A stretch of 33,000 nt of DNA from Glycera tridactyla (taxonomy: Eukaryota): positions 71,672,001 through 71,705,000 of the forward strand of contig OZ286462.1 of assembly GCA_965644265.1 (NCBI GenBank), written 5' to 3'. This document shows positions 1 to 12,319 of the stretch, one piece after another. The position numbers and the translations under genes were made by a program. Every line of letters begins with the position of its first letter. Within the stretch, counting starts at the first letter, position 1. The notes beneath the pieces were generated by a model that made no database searches, was not told where the DNA came from, and saw nothing but the letters and a program-made list of their open reading frames with translations.

Positions 1-327
1 ATGCTACATTTGATACATGTATGCAGTGTTTGATCATGGTGTACATTTTGGAGACGTATCCGTGAAAAGTCGCAACCAAGCGAACCGTCTGTAACTGAGT
101 GATATCAGAAATCATTTGCGACATTGCGAATGTCGTTCCCCGTATTCCTCTCTTTATACTCATTCACAGATTGGTATTCCCCTTTCAAGATTCAATTCTA
201 TTCAAGAATTCTCTACTCTTGTATATCCCTTACTGCATCATACTGAATCAGGAGGTAACCGTATTGATCTTACATTCCAGCCTGATGAGGTAATACAGAA
301 ATGGTTGACAACATGGATCCCTTGGTC

Positions 328-346
328 GGGGGGGGGGGGGGGGGGG
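328..346 (+). repeat. poly-G homopolymer (G19)
   Basis: 19 consecutive G read directly. Confidence 0.9.
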
Positions 347-721
347 AGCAAGACGAAAAATACCTTCAATTCAAAAAGGCTTCGGCATCATGCTCTCTGT
401 TATCTTAAAAGACCCAAAAGAGTCAAATTGCGGAAATGTGGACTTTGCAAGTTTCAGCGGAATAATAAGATATACGGCTGTCTATTTCGAGCTTGTGATC
501 ATTGATATGGCGGCAAGGTGTCATGCGATATCACGCAGAATCAAATTGCAGTGCCGCGACAACAAACTGTCAATCGCTTGGTATATGACGATTATGCACA
601 GTCACCCTCTGGTATTCCTGGCAAGCCATATCCACACGTGCATGTGGGAGTAGTCATTTCCAGAGTCTGTGACCTTCAGCAATGTCTGTTTTGAATTCAT
701 CTCGAAATGACATTGGGTGGC

Positions 722-786
722 CGTGATTTTCTTATTATTCTACCTCCCGTTGGGGACCTAGAAGGAGCTATCCTGAATTATCCCAT
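722..786 (+). mobile_element. SINE-like family A, degenerate internal fragment
   Basis: ttctacctcccgttggggacctagaaggag...tgaattatccc matches the family core TTCACCTTCCGTTGGGG...GGAGTCTTGAATGATCCC seen in other copies in this window. Confidence 0.45.
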
Positions 787-925
787 GATATGCTCTACAT
801 ACGCGTCTCTCTCGACCTCAGCCTGTGTAACATGAGACTACCTGACCAACGTTGCGCATCTGTGATCAAGAACCGGCCTAGCATAGGAGTCTGTTCCTGA
901 ATGAACGTGAAACAAACCACTATCC

Positions 926-946
926 GGGGGGGGGGGGGGGGGGGGG
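926..946 (+). repeat. poly-G homopolymer (G21)
   Basis: 21 consecutive G read directly. Confidence 0.9.
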
Positions 947-2785
947 CTGTCCCTGGTGATGGTTGCCACCTTTCCTCATCATTTTCAGTACTATGTGACT
1001 TCACGAATTCAAAAGGGCGTGAAACACATTTCTGAATATAATTCAATCATTTGTACGTATCAATGCGGCATTGTCCTTACCGGGTGACTCAATATACGAA
1101 TTTGAGACGGAAATAGCTACGACTTTGTCAGAGGTAGACATAAGGTAGACCAGAAGAGGCAATGCGCATGATATTAGCAAGATTGATGCTGGGTCAGCTC
1201 GTATTTCACTCGACAGCCTTAAGATATGGGTCGGAAAGTTTCATAATCCACAATAATCGTCGTTTGAATTTCTTGATTCATTCAATGGAGTGATGTTTTC
1301 AAACTCATTCTATATCTGGAGGACATCAGTAAGACGAACCGAACAAGAATTATAACATGGAATGAGCAAGGACAAATGGATCTTAGTCTGTTAATATTTG
1401 ACTCAGAATTACGCAGCAGTTTTGAAAAATGTAACAAAGAAAAACGGGACACTTCCTAATCTTCAATAACCGTCGTTTCAATTTCACGATTCCTTCTATG
1501 AAGTGAAGATTCCAAACTCAGACCATCACTGGGGTAGACCAGTAACACGAACTGGACAAGATGCAACATGGAAATGAGCAAGTAGGAATGAATGCTAGGT
1601 AGTTGGTGTGGGTGGCTAGTAGTTTCTAGTAGAGGGCGGCGGCTTTATGTGAGTGGCTTGTCATAAACATGGGCTAGTGGCACATGGAGAAGTGGCCCAT
1701 GACGGCCGCTGTCTTGTTTACCTCGGTATATAGCGCCCTTATACCACACTATAACATCCTACAGCCTGCATGCCTCAGATAATGGCTTGCTAGTACTAAA
1801 TAGTAGGTCATTCATCTTTGACTGTGCACAGTGAATGGAATTTCCCGTGCTCATACTGCATTTTTGCATCGGATAGAAAATTAGAATCCATCGTCCATAC
1901 TCGAGCACCTTTGAATTGGAACCATCCGGATCCCATGTGTATCATTTTGTGTTTGTTGGATGCGTTGGATTGGTTCCATCCACTGAAACCCAAATGAACA
2001 AACTCATTCTATGGCACACTTTCGGGGATGTACACGGTAAATATCATCTTCCCCATATATGTGCGTCGCGTTCCCTCCTGATATTATGAGGCTAGAGATG
2101 TTGTCGTCATTTCCGGTCATATGGTATGAGAATTAGGCAGACCCTAACGCTGCCCACGTTTGTCTTGTTCACATAGATTGCAGAATTGCTCACATATATT
2201 CATTGTGCCACTTTCGGAGATGCCACCTTCATGTAAATGTTGAGTGATAAACATTCGTCGCTCGTATGCTGATAAGTACAAACTCTATTCGCGCTTCATT
2301 ATTGTCTGTTGCATATCTGAAGAAGGTGGCCAGAAAATGAACCATATACATCTTTCACTTCGCCAACATTCCAAAAACGATGAAATCCGTAACATTTGCC
2401 ACGCAAACTGTCACTGGACATGTTAGATTCACGCAAGCACTGATTACGCTCGTTAGTGTTATTAGATTTTGGCAGCAAATAGTCAGATAGGGCACTGGAG
2501 GGGGGCAGAAACAGAGTCATAGGTTTCAAAAGCGGGCTACAACAAGTGCAGATGCATTCATCGTATCGTTCTGTTCCAATCCCTCATCACCGGTGCCAAG
2601 TAAGAAGTAGGGAACAACACAAGGTCAGCCATTAAAATACTAGATACGTCTTTTGTGTTCACTGGAGAACAAAGATATTGGTATCGTTAACCTTCACCAT
2701 TTAACTGTGTGAGTGACGCTGAGGTAGGACAGAGGATCAAGTCTCCATAGAGTTGGAACACACATACGTGATCTGGTTGGCTCGA

Positions 2786-3000
2786 AACCAATCAACCAAC
2801 CAACCATCCAACCAACCAACAAACCAACACACCTACCTACCTCTCAACCAGCTAACCGACCACCAAGCCAACCAATGATCGGATAAACTAGTCGAACAAC
2901 CAACAAACCATCAAATCAACCAACCAACCAACCAACCGACCAACCAACCCTAATTAGTCAGCCAACCATACAGCTAACCATCCACCCAACCAGCCATCCA
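2786..3000 (+). repeat. degenerate (CAAC)n tetranucleotide tract
   Basis: About 215 bp of caac/ccaa/ctac/catc units. Confidence 0.85.
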
Positions 3001-3333
3001 TTCCCTCAATCTACCATGTCTATAGACCAGAACCTATTCTTTACGTGAGTGTGCGGATCTGAGGATCTGCCCATCTGGGTCAGCCTTTCAAAGACGACGT
3101 CATTGTTCATTTGTTGAGAAGTAACCGATGATATGTGACGGGAGTTTGAGGTCACACGGAAGCCATGTGATCAGGTCATCTCCGAACACTGCGTACACAC
3201 TGATTACAGGCACATTCAATTATCCTCATCCCCTGTAAAGATGTCTCATCTTTCCTCTTCAACCAGGGGAGGGTGGCAAACCTAAAGATGTCTTCGGATG
3301 GCAGTCATCAATAGACTTCACCGAGATAGAAAT

Positions 3334-3466
3334 GCGAATTTCGTGAATATTCAATTTCCGTTAGGGAGTCTTGAATGATCCCACACTTGCCTATTGCTTG
3401 CGTGTCCCAATATGGCACATATGGCGCTGACGTAACGTCACACCAGAACCAGCCAACCAACCAACC
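3334..3466 (+). mobile_element. SINE-like family A, 3' half with (ACCA)n tail
   Basis: gaatttcgtgaatattcaatttccgttagggagtcttgaatgatccc...ggcgctgacgtaacgtcacaccagaaccagccaaccaacc; closely parallels the copy at 8236-8339. Confidence 0.75.
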
Positions 3467-4900
3467 TTCAACCAGATGTGTCTCTACCGGGGATGATACA
3501 AGCCACTAAAATATGATAAACTGGGAATATAATAACAACGATGACAGAAAAGCGGAAGACAAAATACGCAGCTTTCAGTGAATGCGCCACAAGGGATTTT
3601 CTTCTTTATTCGTGCTGTATGGTGCCTTCAAATGCAATCATCCATATGTTACTATCGGCAACGGGTGATCTGGTTATCAAGTTCATCCGTATATAGTTGA
3701 TTAAATGATCATGAATTATGATTGTAAAAATCATGAAGCCTCATTAGGAAACTATGAAACTGTAATGGCAGTGGTTGGTGAATTCCGCCAAAGGAACACC
3801 TTCTACTTGAATAGGACTTCGGCTCTGCAGAGAAACTTGTTGAACTAGGCTAAATGAAAAAGATTACATATATAAATATCACCAGATATATCATAGTCGC
3901 ATGAAGCCCAACCTCGACCATCCACGACTTGGTCTCTGGGAGGTGAGTCATGCTGTGACTTTGTAGATTCCGGTGGCCTTTCAGAAAACTCGATTGATGA
4001 TCATCTCTCTCAGGATATGCAACCGTGAATGCACACAATGTTAACGGTACATTCATCCAATTGACATGTTTTATCAGCTGGATTAACACAAATAGCTCAG
4101 TGTGGTAGAGGACAAAATACAGTAAAAAGCTTGATCACCTGGCTTATGGGCAGCTATCTTCAGCTGCAAGGATACTCCTGATAATTACTCATCAACATAA
4201 TTGTTAATCTGTCGTTCAGATAGAAACAAAGAAGTACCATTATCATTAGCACAATAGAAACATGTGCAGAGAGAAAACGATTTTATTCTCGTTCTAGTAA
4301 CTGTTATTTTTCTGACGAGGTACTTCGGCACCACTGTCATTGCTTATCTGTATCTCTCATATGACGCGATATCCAATTTACTCTGGCAGCTACAGTCGGG
4401 TTATACTGTTTTATCATGAGTTATTTTGAGATCTTCATCTGCCGAAACGCAAAAGGAAACCACTGCCATTACAATGGCATTGTTGCACTTCTGACCATCT
4501 CCGTGCTAACCTATCCCATCTCTCTTGGTTATCCCTGTAGAGATTATCTCGGACCCGATGTGGGACGGGACTTTTTTTGCGCAAAGGCCTATGAATCATA
4601 ATTTGGAGAAAACTAGCAATGTATTTCCAGATGAAAAACGTGTTGATGGCTTCGGAAAATGTACCGTTTAAATTATCTGGCAAGTCATGAGGTTTCAATG
4701 CAATCAAAACAATCCCAAGCTGATGTGACGATGGACAGGCAGGATGGGAATAGGCTCAAATAGGTTTGTTACAATTGCATCGGAACTGTCGGTGTAATAA
4801 TCTCTTGCATTTTGCATGCAATCCAGATTGGAATTCTTTATTATCTGATCCTTTGCCCCCTGAGAATAATTCCTCAGACTTGTCTTACTGAAATGAAGTT

Positions 4901-5003
4901 TGGCAGGTTGGTCGTTTGATTGATTGACGTCTCAGGAGCACGGGTTGAGACTCCTCCCCCCAGGCCCCTAACAGAAGGTGGAATGATGCGAAAAGCAGAC
5001 ACC
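4901..5003 (-). mobile_element. SINE-like family A, internally deleted copy
   Basis: Reverse complement reads gtgtctg...ttccaccttctgttaggggcctg...ggaggagtctc, then jumps to gagacgtcaatcaatcaaacgaccaacc (tail). Confidence 0.5.
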
Positions 5004-5132
5004 AATATACAATGTGTGAATATGAATGGTTTCTTGTTGAAGTACGTAAAACATATGCAATGTTAATGACATCATTGGGGTTCCTGTATATAAGTCCAGG
5101 AATCACCATCGATCTGGCGTAGCTTGTAAGTG

Positions 5133-5200
5133 CTTGTAGAGATACTACCAGCGAGCGTCCTCCTGCTGGTAGTATTTCTACAGGATCAGGAATCCTGATC
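5133..5200. other. near-perfect inverted repeat (18-bp stem, 12-nt loop) followed by a 7-bp palindrome
   Basis: tgtagagatactaccagc (5135-5152) pairs with gctggtagtatttctaca (5165-5182) with one G.T; gatcagg-aat-cctgatc at 5184-5200. Confidence 0.8.
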
Positions 5201-6023
5201 AGCACATGTTACCATAGAGCCTCAAACAACAAGCAACTAGAATGAACGAGTAGAAACGAGCACACTCATGGCTCTGATCGAAATGAGCAGGTTGGGGTTT
5301 GTGTGGCACCTGATATATAGTCTGAAGGGCATTGCACTATAGGCACTGTATGTAGAGGTTTTCTCTGGAATGTTGGTTTCAGTGCCAAATTGAATACCAT
5401 ATGATTTAAACTGGAGTGTTCTGAACGACCATTGATCCAGGGGAAAGAAGGTTCTAGTCTCCACCGACCCAAGCACCCTGCTTGGCTACACTGAAAACTG
5501 AATGGATTGAAAACTGAATAAGTTGGTGATGAATCTTGTAAGAGAGTGGTCAGATGTTGGATTGACAAAGTAGGTAGTTGTGTAAATGGAGGATATGGAC
5601 AAGCAAGGCATTTTGGCAAAATAGTTGGGGCAAAATAGTTGGGTTGAATGAGGCCCATAAATATTACGTCGTTTCTCAGCTAAGATGAAACCGAAACTAT
5701 CTGTATACAAAAATTGTACATTCCTTAACAGTGATGCTTCGGAGTGAGTTTGACATAATTGTTGGGATGTAATTCGTTAAGAAATAGTGTCAACTACCTC
5801 GAGTAATGGTGGATGATGAATCGAGTTTGGTGCAGTCACTCCGATTCTACGTTGAACAGCCTTGATCAAATCTATGAGCAGGGCTCAAAGCATGGATAAA
5901 GCATAGACAAAGCACAAAAAAAATCACCATTCAGTAATGAACCTGCACCATTACACAGATCCAAAAGATCTGTGCTTCTCATGGATAAAGAATAAGCCAT
6001 TGAATTTACAATCCCATTTTCAG

Positions 6024-6038
6024 CCCCCCCCCCCCCCC
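6024..6038 (+). repeat. poly-C homopolymer (C15)
   Basis: 15 consecutive C read directly. Confidence 0.9.
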
Positions 6039-7166
6039 ACGATACCACGGACACGAAGCCCAAGCGTTCCCAATAAACTCCCAACGTCACAGCACCATAG
6101 CAGCTACATATGATACACTTGCGGGGAGTGTAAGATTGTTCTGAAATGGACCCTAATTTCTATCAGTATCGCCCTCATTGCATGTGCAGGACAAATCGAC
6201 ATTTTATGCTGATCCTGGGGGCATTTCATGAAGCATCATCTCTCTGATGAGAGGAATATATTCTTTTATCCTTATACAATTTAAGAGAACCTGCTTCAAA
6301 TTTGAATTTGCCTGGACTGTAGTGAAATGCTGGCTGGGCATGATGTTTCATACATAAACTGTCTTGGAGGTGAGGGGTGAGCGTGAATATATATAGAAAC
6401 CAATTGCCACCCTAGATAGTTGGTTGCATATTCGCACCATCAGCAAGACCAGGGGAGCTTTTCACCAAAAGTTGGGGTGATTAAGATGTAAAGTGGATGC
6501 CCTCGGCTTTATTTGTTTTCAGGATCTCCATAGAGCCTTGAATCACCTGATCAATTTTCAAAGAATTCAGATTTTGGTGAAACTGATCCCAGAATGTACC
6601 GACTTCGGCCTAACCTCATCAATCTCCGCACAACCCTTAGCATTGCTCGTCCCCTATAGACATTCATATCCTGAAGATCTACTATTGTTTCCATCTATAT
6701 TATGAAAACTGTCATTCTCATTTGAATATCGGACTCAGTTTTCAATATGAATGAGACTGTTGCTTTGCTGTCTGATGTACGGAGACTGGATTCACAATGG
6801 TACAATGATCAACCAATCACCCGAATGTGCTGTGAATCCGTCACCACCGTTCTAAGAACTATCCCGCTCCTAGAGATTATCCATTGGTATATTTGTTGTA
6901 TATGAGCCAGCAAATGAGACATGCATTATTCACATCTGAGAAGCCGGTTTACCATAGGAGTTATTGTTTCACGTATTCCCACCTAAACTTTGATTTAAAA
7001 GTTGAATCCTATCCATGACCATCGTCACTGCTGATCACAAGGAAAGTGTGTCTAAATCATATCTTCCCTTGAAGATGAAGGTTGGAGCAATTATTTAATC
7101 TAATATATACGTGGACCAAAAAAAGAGGGGGATATGTCCAGAATGCAGCCCGGAGAATATAATTTT

Positions 7167-7208
7167 GACGCCATTTTGGAGTCTTTCGAAGTCTTGTCTA
7201 TTTCCGCC
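7167..7208 (-). promoter_or_regulatory. possible housekeeping-type promoter motifs (ETS-like GGCGGAAAT, then YY1/initiator-like AAAATGGCGTC)
   Basis: Minus strand carries GGCGGAAAT (7208-7200) about 25 bp upstream of AAAATGGCGTC (7177-7167). Short motifs; no transcript evidence. Confidence 0.25.
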
Positions 7209-8001
7209 TACTCCATATCCAGGTCGTTCGATGCTTTGCCCAAGCTTATTTCTTCATGCGAATGCGCAAAAAGAATTGTCTTCTTTTTAGTCAACATTGA
7301 GCTTATAGAGGCAACCATACAATAATAAATCATCATGAGGTAGTTCAGTGGACCCGAGAATCGAGCATCGCTCAAGGGAATTGATGGGTTTGTGAGAGAA
7401 GGCTGGGAAACTCTTGGGGATTAACTATTTATAAATGCTGGTTAACCCACCAAACGTAAAAGCATACACTGATACTAATCAAAACCAAACCCCGAGTGTT
7501 AGCCGTGAATACTCAACTTTGAGACGCACTCATTACCTATTGTACGTTTTAGAATAGAATGAATTCTATTTAGAATGTGTTGTGTTCGCCTGAGGTGAAT
7601 GTTGATATCTGTGACCTGTCTATGCATCTCACGATTTACATTTATATTCAGAATAGCATCTGAACTCCCGGAATTTCCTGCCATCACTTTCGACATTTGA
7701 TTAGTGTGATTGTGTAAGCTTGCCATGTTTCATGTCAACAGAAATGTCAGGAGGCGAGTCGGAACAGGCATCTATTATGTTTTGGATCTGTATTGGAGGC
7801 ATGCCGAGATTAGGGATCAGGCATTAATTCTGACAATTCATTGGCAATGTGTCACTGAGCGGGGAGCAGCCATCCATTTGATCCTAATGCTCTGTCAGTA
7901 CACCTCATCGATCGGAAAGATGAAGCAAACATTAATGAATTGCCTCTCCCTGTCTCACTAATAGTCGTGAAAAGGATGTATAATGGCTATCTCGGAGCTA
8001 C

Positions 8002-8068
8002 CAGAGATGAAACTTTGAGTGTCTGAGAATTTCGTGAATTTTCACCTTCCGCTGTACTGTGGTCCCCG
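8002..8068 (+). mobile_element. SINE-like family A, 5'-side fragment
   Basis: cagagatgaaactttgagtgtctgagaatttcgtgaattttcaccttccg matches the reverse complements of the copies at 22623-22795 and 21513-21654. Confidence 0.7.
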
Positions 8069-8235
8069 CAGTGTCATAAAACGTACTCAAGAGCTCATTA
8101 TTCAAATACCATTCCTATCAGAGTTCATGTATTATTGGTTTTAAGTTGGTGCTACACCATGAAAGCATGAAAATCCTCTTACTATGTTATCATGATCGTG
8201 TATCGTGGAATGATATAAATGTGTCTCAATCTCAA

Positions 8236-8339
8236 TAGGGAGTCTTTAATGATCCCACCCATGCCTATTGCATGGGTGTCGCGATATAACACATTTGGCG
8301 CTGATCTGACGTTAAACCAGAACCAAGCAACCAACCAAC
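8236..8339 (+). mobile_element. SINE-like family A, 3' fragment with tail
   Basis: gggagtctttaatgatccc...attgcatgggtgtcgcgatata...gcgctgatctgacgttaaaccagaaccaagcaaccaacc. Confidence 0.8.
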
Positions 8340-8484
8340 TCTCTCGGGCCGAGGGAAGTCATGATATTTCTTCGTAGGACCCGATGCCGTGAAACGTAGC
8401 AGTCGGGGTCCGAAGGCAGCCATCAGCCATTTCCGGTCCACAATTTTTAATCATAATGTCACATTCACCAGTGTATGCCGGCTG

Positions 8485-8642
8485 GGATCTGTTCCTGTAT
8501 GCACGTGAAAGAACCATTGTTGTCCTACGCAAAGAGTAGGGACGGCACCGGGTGGCGGCGCCTATTCTCTTCAGCATTTTTTTCAGTCCGATATAACCCA
8601 GGGTGTGTGAAAAGACGTTTAAACCCAAACAATCAAACAAAC
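8485..8642 (+). mobile_element. second SINE family (V-domain-like core, GACGTTTAAAC-(CAAA)n tail); may extend 5' to about 8345
   Basis: Aligns block by block with 15341-15509 (ctgtatgcacgtgaaagaacca; cgcaaagagtaggg; ttcagcatttt; gtccgatataaccca; gacgtttaaaccc). AAAGAGTAGGG resembles the V-SINE central domain as I recall it. Confidence 0.65.
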
Positions 8643-9483
8643 ATCACAATGTGACTGTAAGATGAGTACGTCAGACCCATAGACAATAGTTCAAAGAATC
8701 CTCATTGGCTATGCTTGTATGCATTCACGTCCAATGAATTTCATAGCAGCTTTCTGCAAGTTTTGTTGAACCAGTTGTCAGCAAAATCGACCTCCAACGT
8801 CACTTTCATAAAGACTACAGACGGAAGTTGGAAAAACTATCCAATCCACTGTCAGCAACAGGGACCTCCAATGCCAACGCTACATGCAGAGAATCGACTA
8901 TGATTTAACTGCCGGTGATTTTCATAAATCATATATCCCATTCGGATCGGAGAGAACTTCAGACTGGTGTCATACCATGTCATTTAGATGACCTTCTCGA
9001 TATAGCACATGCGTTTCAATGAGACTAAAAGCAAAAATGAATTCAGACAAATTGAAGCATCTCACCACAGACATACTTGCAAGTATATGTCCCCCATAAG
9101 TACACCTTGTCACCAAAGCAAAAGTCCATCTATACTCTTCAAGTGAAAGTGAAACGAAGACTTTTCCACTATCCAAGCATTTCCAAGAAGCTTGCCAGAC
9201 ATTAATGGATCGCTGTGAATGGTGGATCGCATTTCTCTCATATATCAGGGAGTCAAATTTGTGCCAAGTGCCTGTATATTTCGGGAGTGGAAAAAGCTCA
9301 CATCGGGGATGGCAAGCCAACTTCGGCAGGCACTTGCAACGATGAGGTGGTGGGGAGTTCGTGAAAATTGTTCACCACATTCTTCCATGCATGATGATAG
9401 GATCAATTGTCAAGAAACATCAGGGTCTTATGTCGATGGATTAGATGAACCAGACACGCTACTTTGCCGTGTGTAATATGACA

Positions 9484-9520
9484 AATAATGATAATAATAA
9501 TAATGATGATAATGATGATA
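9484..9520 (+). repeat. (AAT/GAT)n trinucleotide microsatellite
   Basis: aataatgataataataataatgatgataatgatgata. Confidence 0.85.
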
Positions 9521-10542
9521 ACTGGTAGTTCAATACATTTTTCCAGACACCGAGGGTCGATTGACTTTCATTCGGTATAGTTGAAGGTCTGTAAATATAA
9601 ACCGAATCCAGTCTCTGAAGCTCTCCATTAAAGCGACACCATGTGGCGTCAGTGACGTTGTGAACATCCCGAGCATTCGAATCATGCGTGTTCTCTAGCA
9701 AACACCTACTTTTGCGACTTAGTTCATCTCGGGTGGTACGAGGAACATGATCAATATAAGATGAATACCATGGTAGATACACGAGTCATAATCATGAATG
9801 CTGAGCGATGGAATCGTGATCTCGTGACAGGCGTACAAGAGTTGGATGTTGTTGATTGAATGACCTGCGCGCGGTGCGTTAACGGGGATGACTTGATTGT
9901 GTACAGCTGCGGCTGCCGTCCACACGGGACCTGCTAACATTGTCTAGTACAAAAAGAACCGTCTCCGTCAGCACCCTCCCTCATTCATCAGAACCGGGCA
10001 ACAAATTGGCCTCCTGGGTCACCCATTCACCCGATCTCCACATTGGTATCCTTTTAATTGTGAACGCATCCGACACTTCTCCTGAATAAGATATGAGCGA
10101 AAGTAGCGTCTGGTGGCTTCCACACATGTAGCTAAAGAGGAGCTACATATTGAATTATCACTCTACCATAGAGAACAACGAAAACATTGAATCGGTTCTT
10201 GGGCAGCATGGGTCTCAAACGAGCTATCACTACATATGGAACCAGGTGATAGCAATGGAATCACCGGAGATGAAATTGCAAATTATCAACATCTATCGAT
10301 CAAATCTCCGTGCTTTCAACGACACACAACCTGATACTGTGAGTAATTAGACCACCCTATTCTCCAATTTCCATATTCAGCAATATCCTTTGTGATCCTG
10401 GATAGAGTCAAGCACTATATTCATCAGTCACATTTCCATTCCCCTTATTCGTATACACTGCATATATACTGGGTTGTTCACATCTTTCTCGCTCGCTTCA
10501 GAATTCTAATTATAATCCCCTCATCCTCTGCCCTATTCTCCA

Positions 10543-10575
10543 TTCAAATTCAAATTCAAAAATCTTTATTTATAC
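10543..10575 (-). mobile_element. probable 3' tail of a non-LTR retrotransposon (CR1/L2-group-like)
   Basis: Minus strand reads AATAAAGATTTTTGAATTTGAATTTGAA, a polyA-like signal followed by (TTTGAA)n. No ORF2 recognised next to it. Confidence 0.45.
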
Positions 10576-11385
10576 TCGTGAAACATGTATAGCAATTTAT
10601 ACACAACCAACAGATAGCTCAAATCGAGGAGCTTTATCCAGTGGTCACGAGTTAGGGATTTATTAACTAGATTAGTACTGGTATTAATGGGTATATTGTT
10701 CATACACTTCGCGTACTGTGGATATTGCACTCAAACTTTGACATTGAGGGGCATATTCTTTGCGGATCAAGCTTCCTCGAAGCGGATCCGATCCGGTGGC
10801 AAGAAGTGAACGAACGCATGGAATATACGATCTTATTAGTTCATGGGACAAACACACAGAATCCTCCTCATATAGGTACCGCTGATGTCTGACGTGAAAC
10901 AAACCTCTCACGTATTGCCAGCATCACGCAAAAATAATGTAACCTCCTTCAATGCCAAGGTCCTTCACTGCTGCAGGAAATCGATTGGTAGTACTGTCAA
11001 TTCAGAAACTGCTTTACCTACAAGAGATATGACCAATGGATCTATGTATGATATGCGCTAAAGCCAGGAGATTTGATGGTGTAGTCCAAAACACAACCAT
11101 AGTCTAAGCTAATGATTGCATCATCACAATGGTGAGAGTAATGTCACAATTGGAATCTGATTGGCCAACCGAGACACTTGGTATAGCCTACCTTTCTGGA
11201 GACTTTGCTTGCAAATCTGGAGTTGAGCCAATGTCAGGACGTCGGCAATATGACGATGATTTTCCAACGTCGGTGAGAAGTAAGTGTGGCGCCAGTTATC
11301 CAAATAATGAATGCACTTGATAACCAAACCACATACACCGAAAGCGATTGAAGAAGCGACTGGTTGACGCTACACTGAGACCATG

Positions 11386-11443
11386 GGTCCCCAACAGAAG
11401 GTGAAAATTTATGAAATTCACAGACATTCAATGTATTATTCTG
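11386..11443 (-). mobile_element. SINE-like family A fragment
   Basis: ggtccccaacagaaggtgaaaatttatgaaattcacagacattcaatg is the reverse complement of the family core. Confidence 0.65.
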
Positions 11444-12319
11444 TCATTGAAATGTTGACCATGGTATCACCTTGTGAACACACGAGTGTTAATTCAAGTT
11501 CGATGTGAAAACTTTTATCTTGGAAAGAATAATCAGCTTTCGCTGGATGCATACTCATCTCATCCTACTGGGACTATTTTATGAAAAATGTCACTTGTGA
11601 GGATCAATTCATCGAAATGCCCATGATTTTGTGAATGTCATTTGAGGACCGCGCTGCACGCAGCCTCCCAAACATCGCATCAAATGCCCCGAGCTGTTAT
11701 GGGAAATATAGATATACAATCATTTATTCATATGTTCGGTCCACATAGCCGCTACTTGGAATGCAAGACGAATTCATATGTTTTTGTCATAGCTCCATCG
11801 CATTTGACAGTTAATATATATGTATTACCATATTCAGCGAAAGATTTATTCGAGCTACAGCAGTTTCAAATTCCCTAACGAATAAACAACGCTGAACAAA
11901 GACTTGACCGCAGGGGCACCACACGACAATGATTTAGTGGAATAATCAAAGTTTGAGAAATGACACTGCGACTTACATGAATTTCATAGGTTTCCAACGT
12001 CCGTTTGCGGAATGCACATTGCATCTTGAATAATTGGTTGCTACAGGTGTGTGGTATCATACGATTTTTTAAGGATGGTTAATACCACCCCATCCCACCT
12101 TCAACGCCACCACAACCACCACTTCACAGACTGCCAAATGCCAGTGTGAGATGTGATGGTTTCCCTTGTGCATGCCGAGTGTTTGAATTGAGCATACAAT
12201 CAGCTGATTTTTCTGGCAATACATACGCCAATCTGCCTCAGACTGACGGAGAGATTATAATCGCCCAAGCCGCCTCAGACCTACTTTTAATAGAACAGGT
12301 ATCTATCTACACAGTGGCG

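Noticed and set aside
116-505. 129-aa ORF with KCGLCK (zinc-knuckle-like)
   Set aside because: It crosses a poly-G run, lacks the His/Cys completing a knuckle, and has no transposase or gag context.
4093-4170. tRNA gene
   Set aside because: Only a D-arm-like motif; no T-arm/B-box or acceptor stem.
8970-9320. SETD3/SETD4-like methyltransferase reading of LEEYRWTFALVTRCTY
   Set aside because: Only one short motif resembles it; the required downstream (L/M)NH motif is not in frame or at a sensible distance, and the opposite strand is similarly open.
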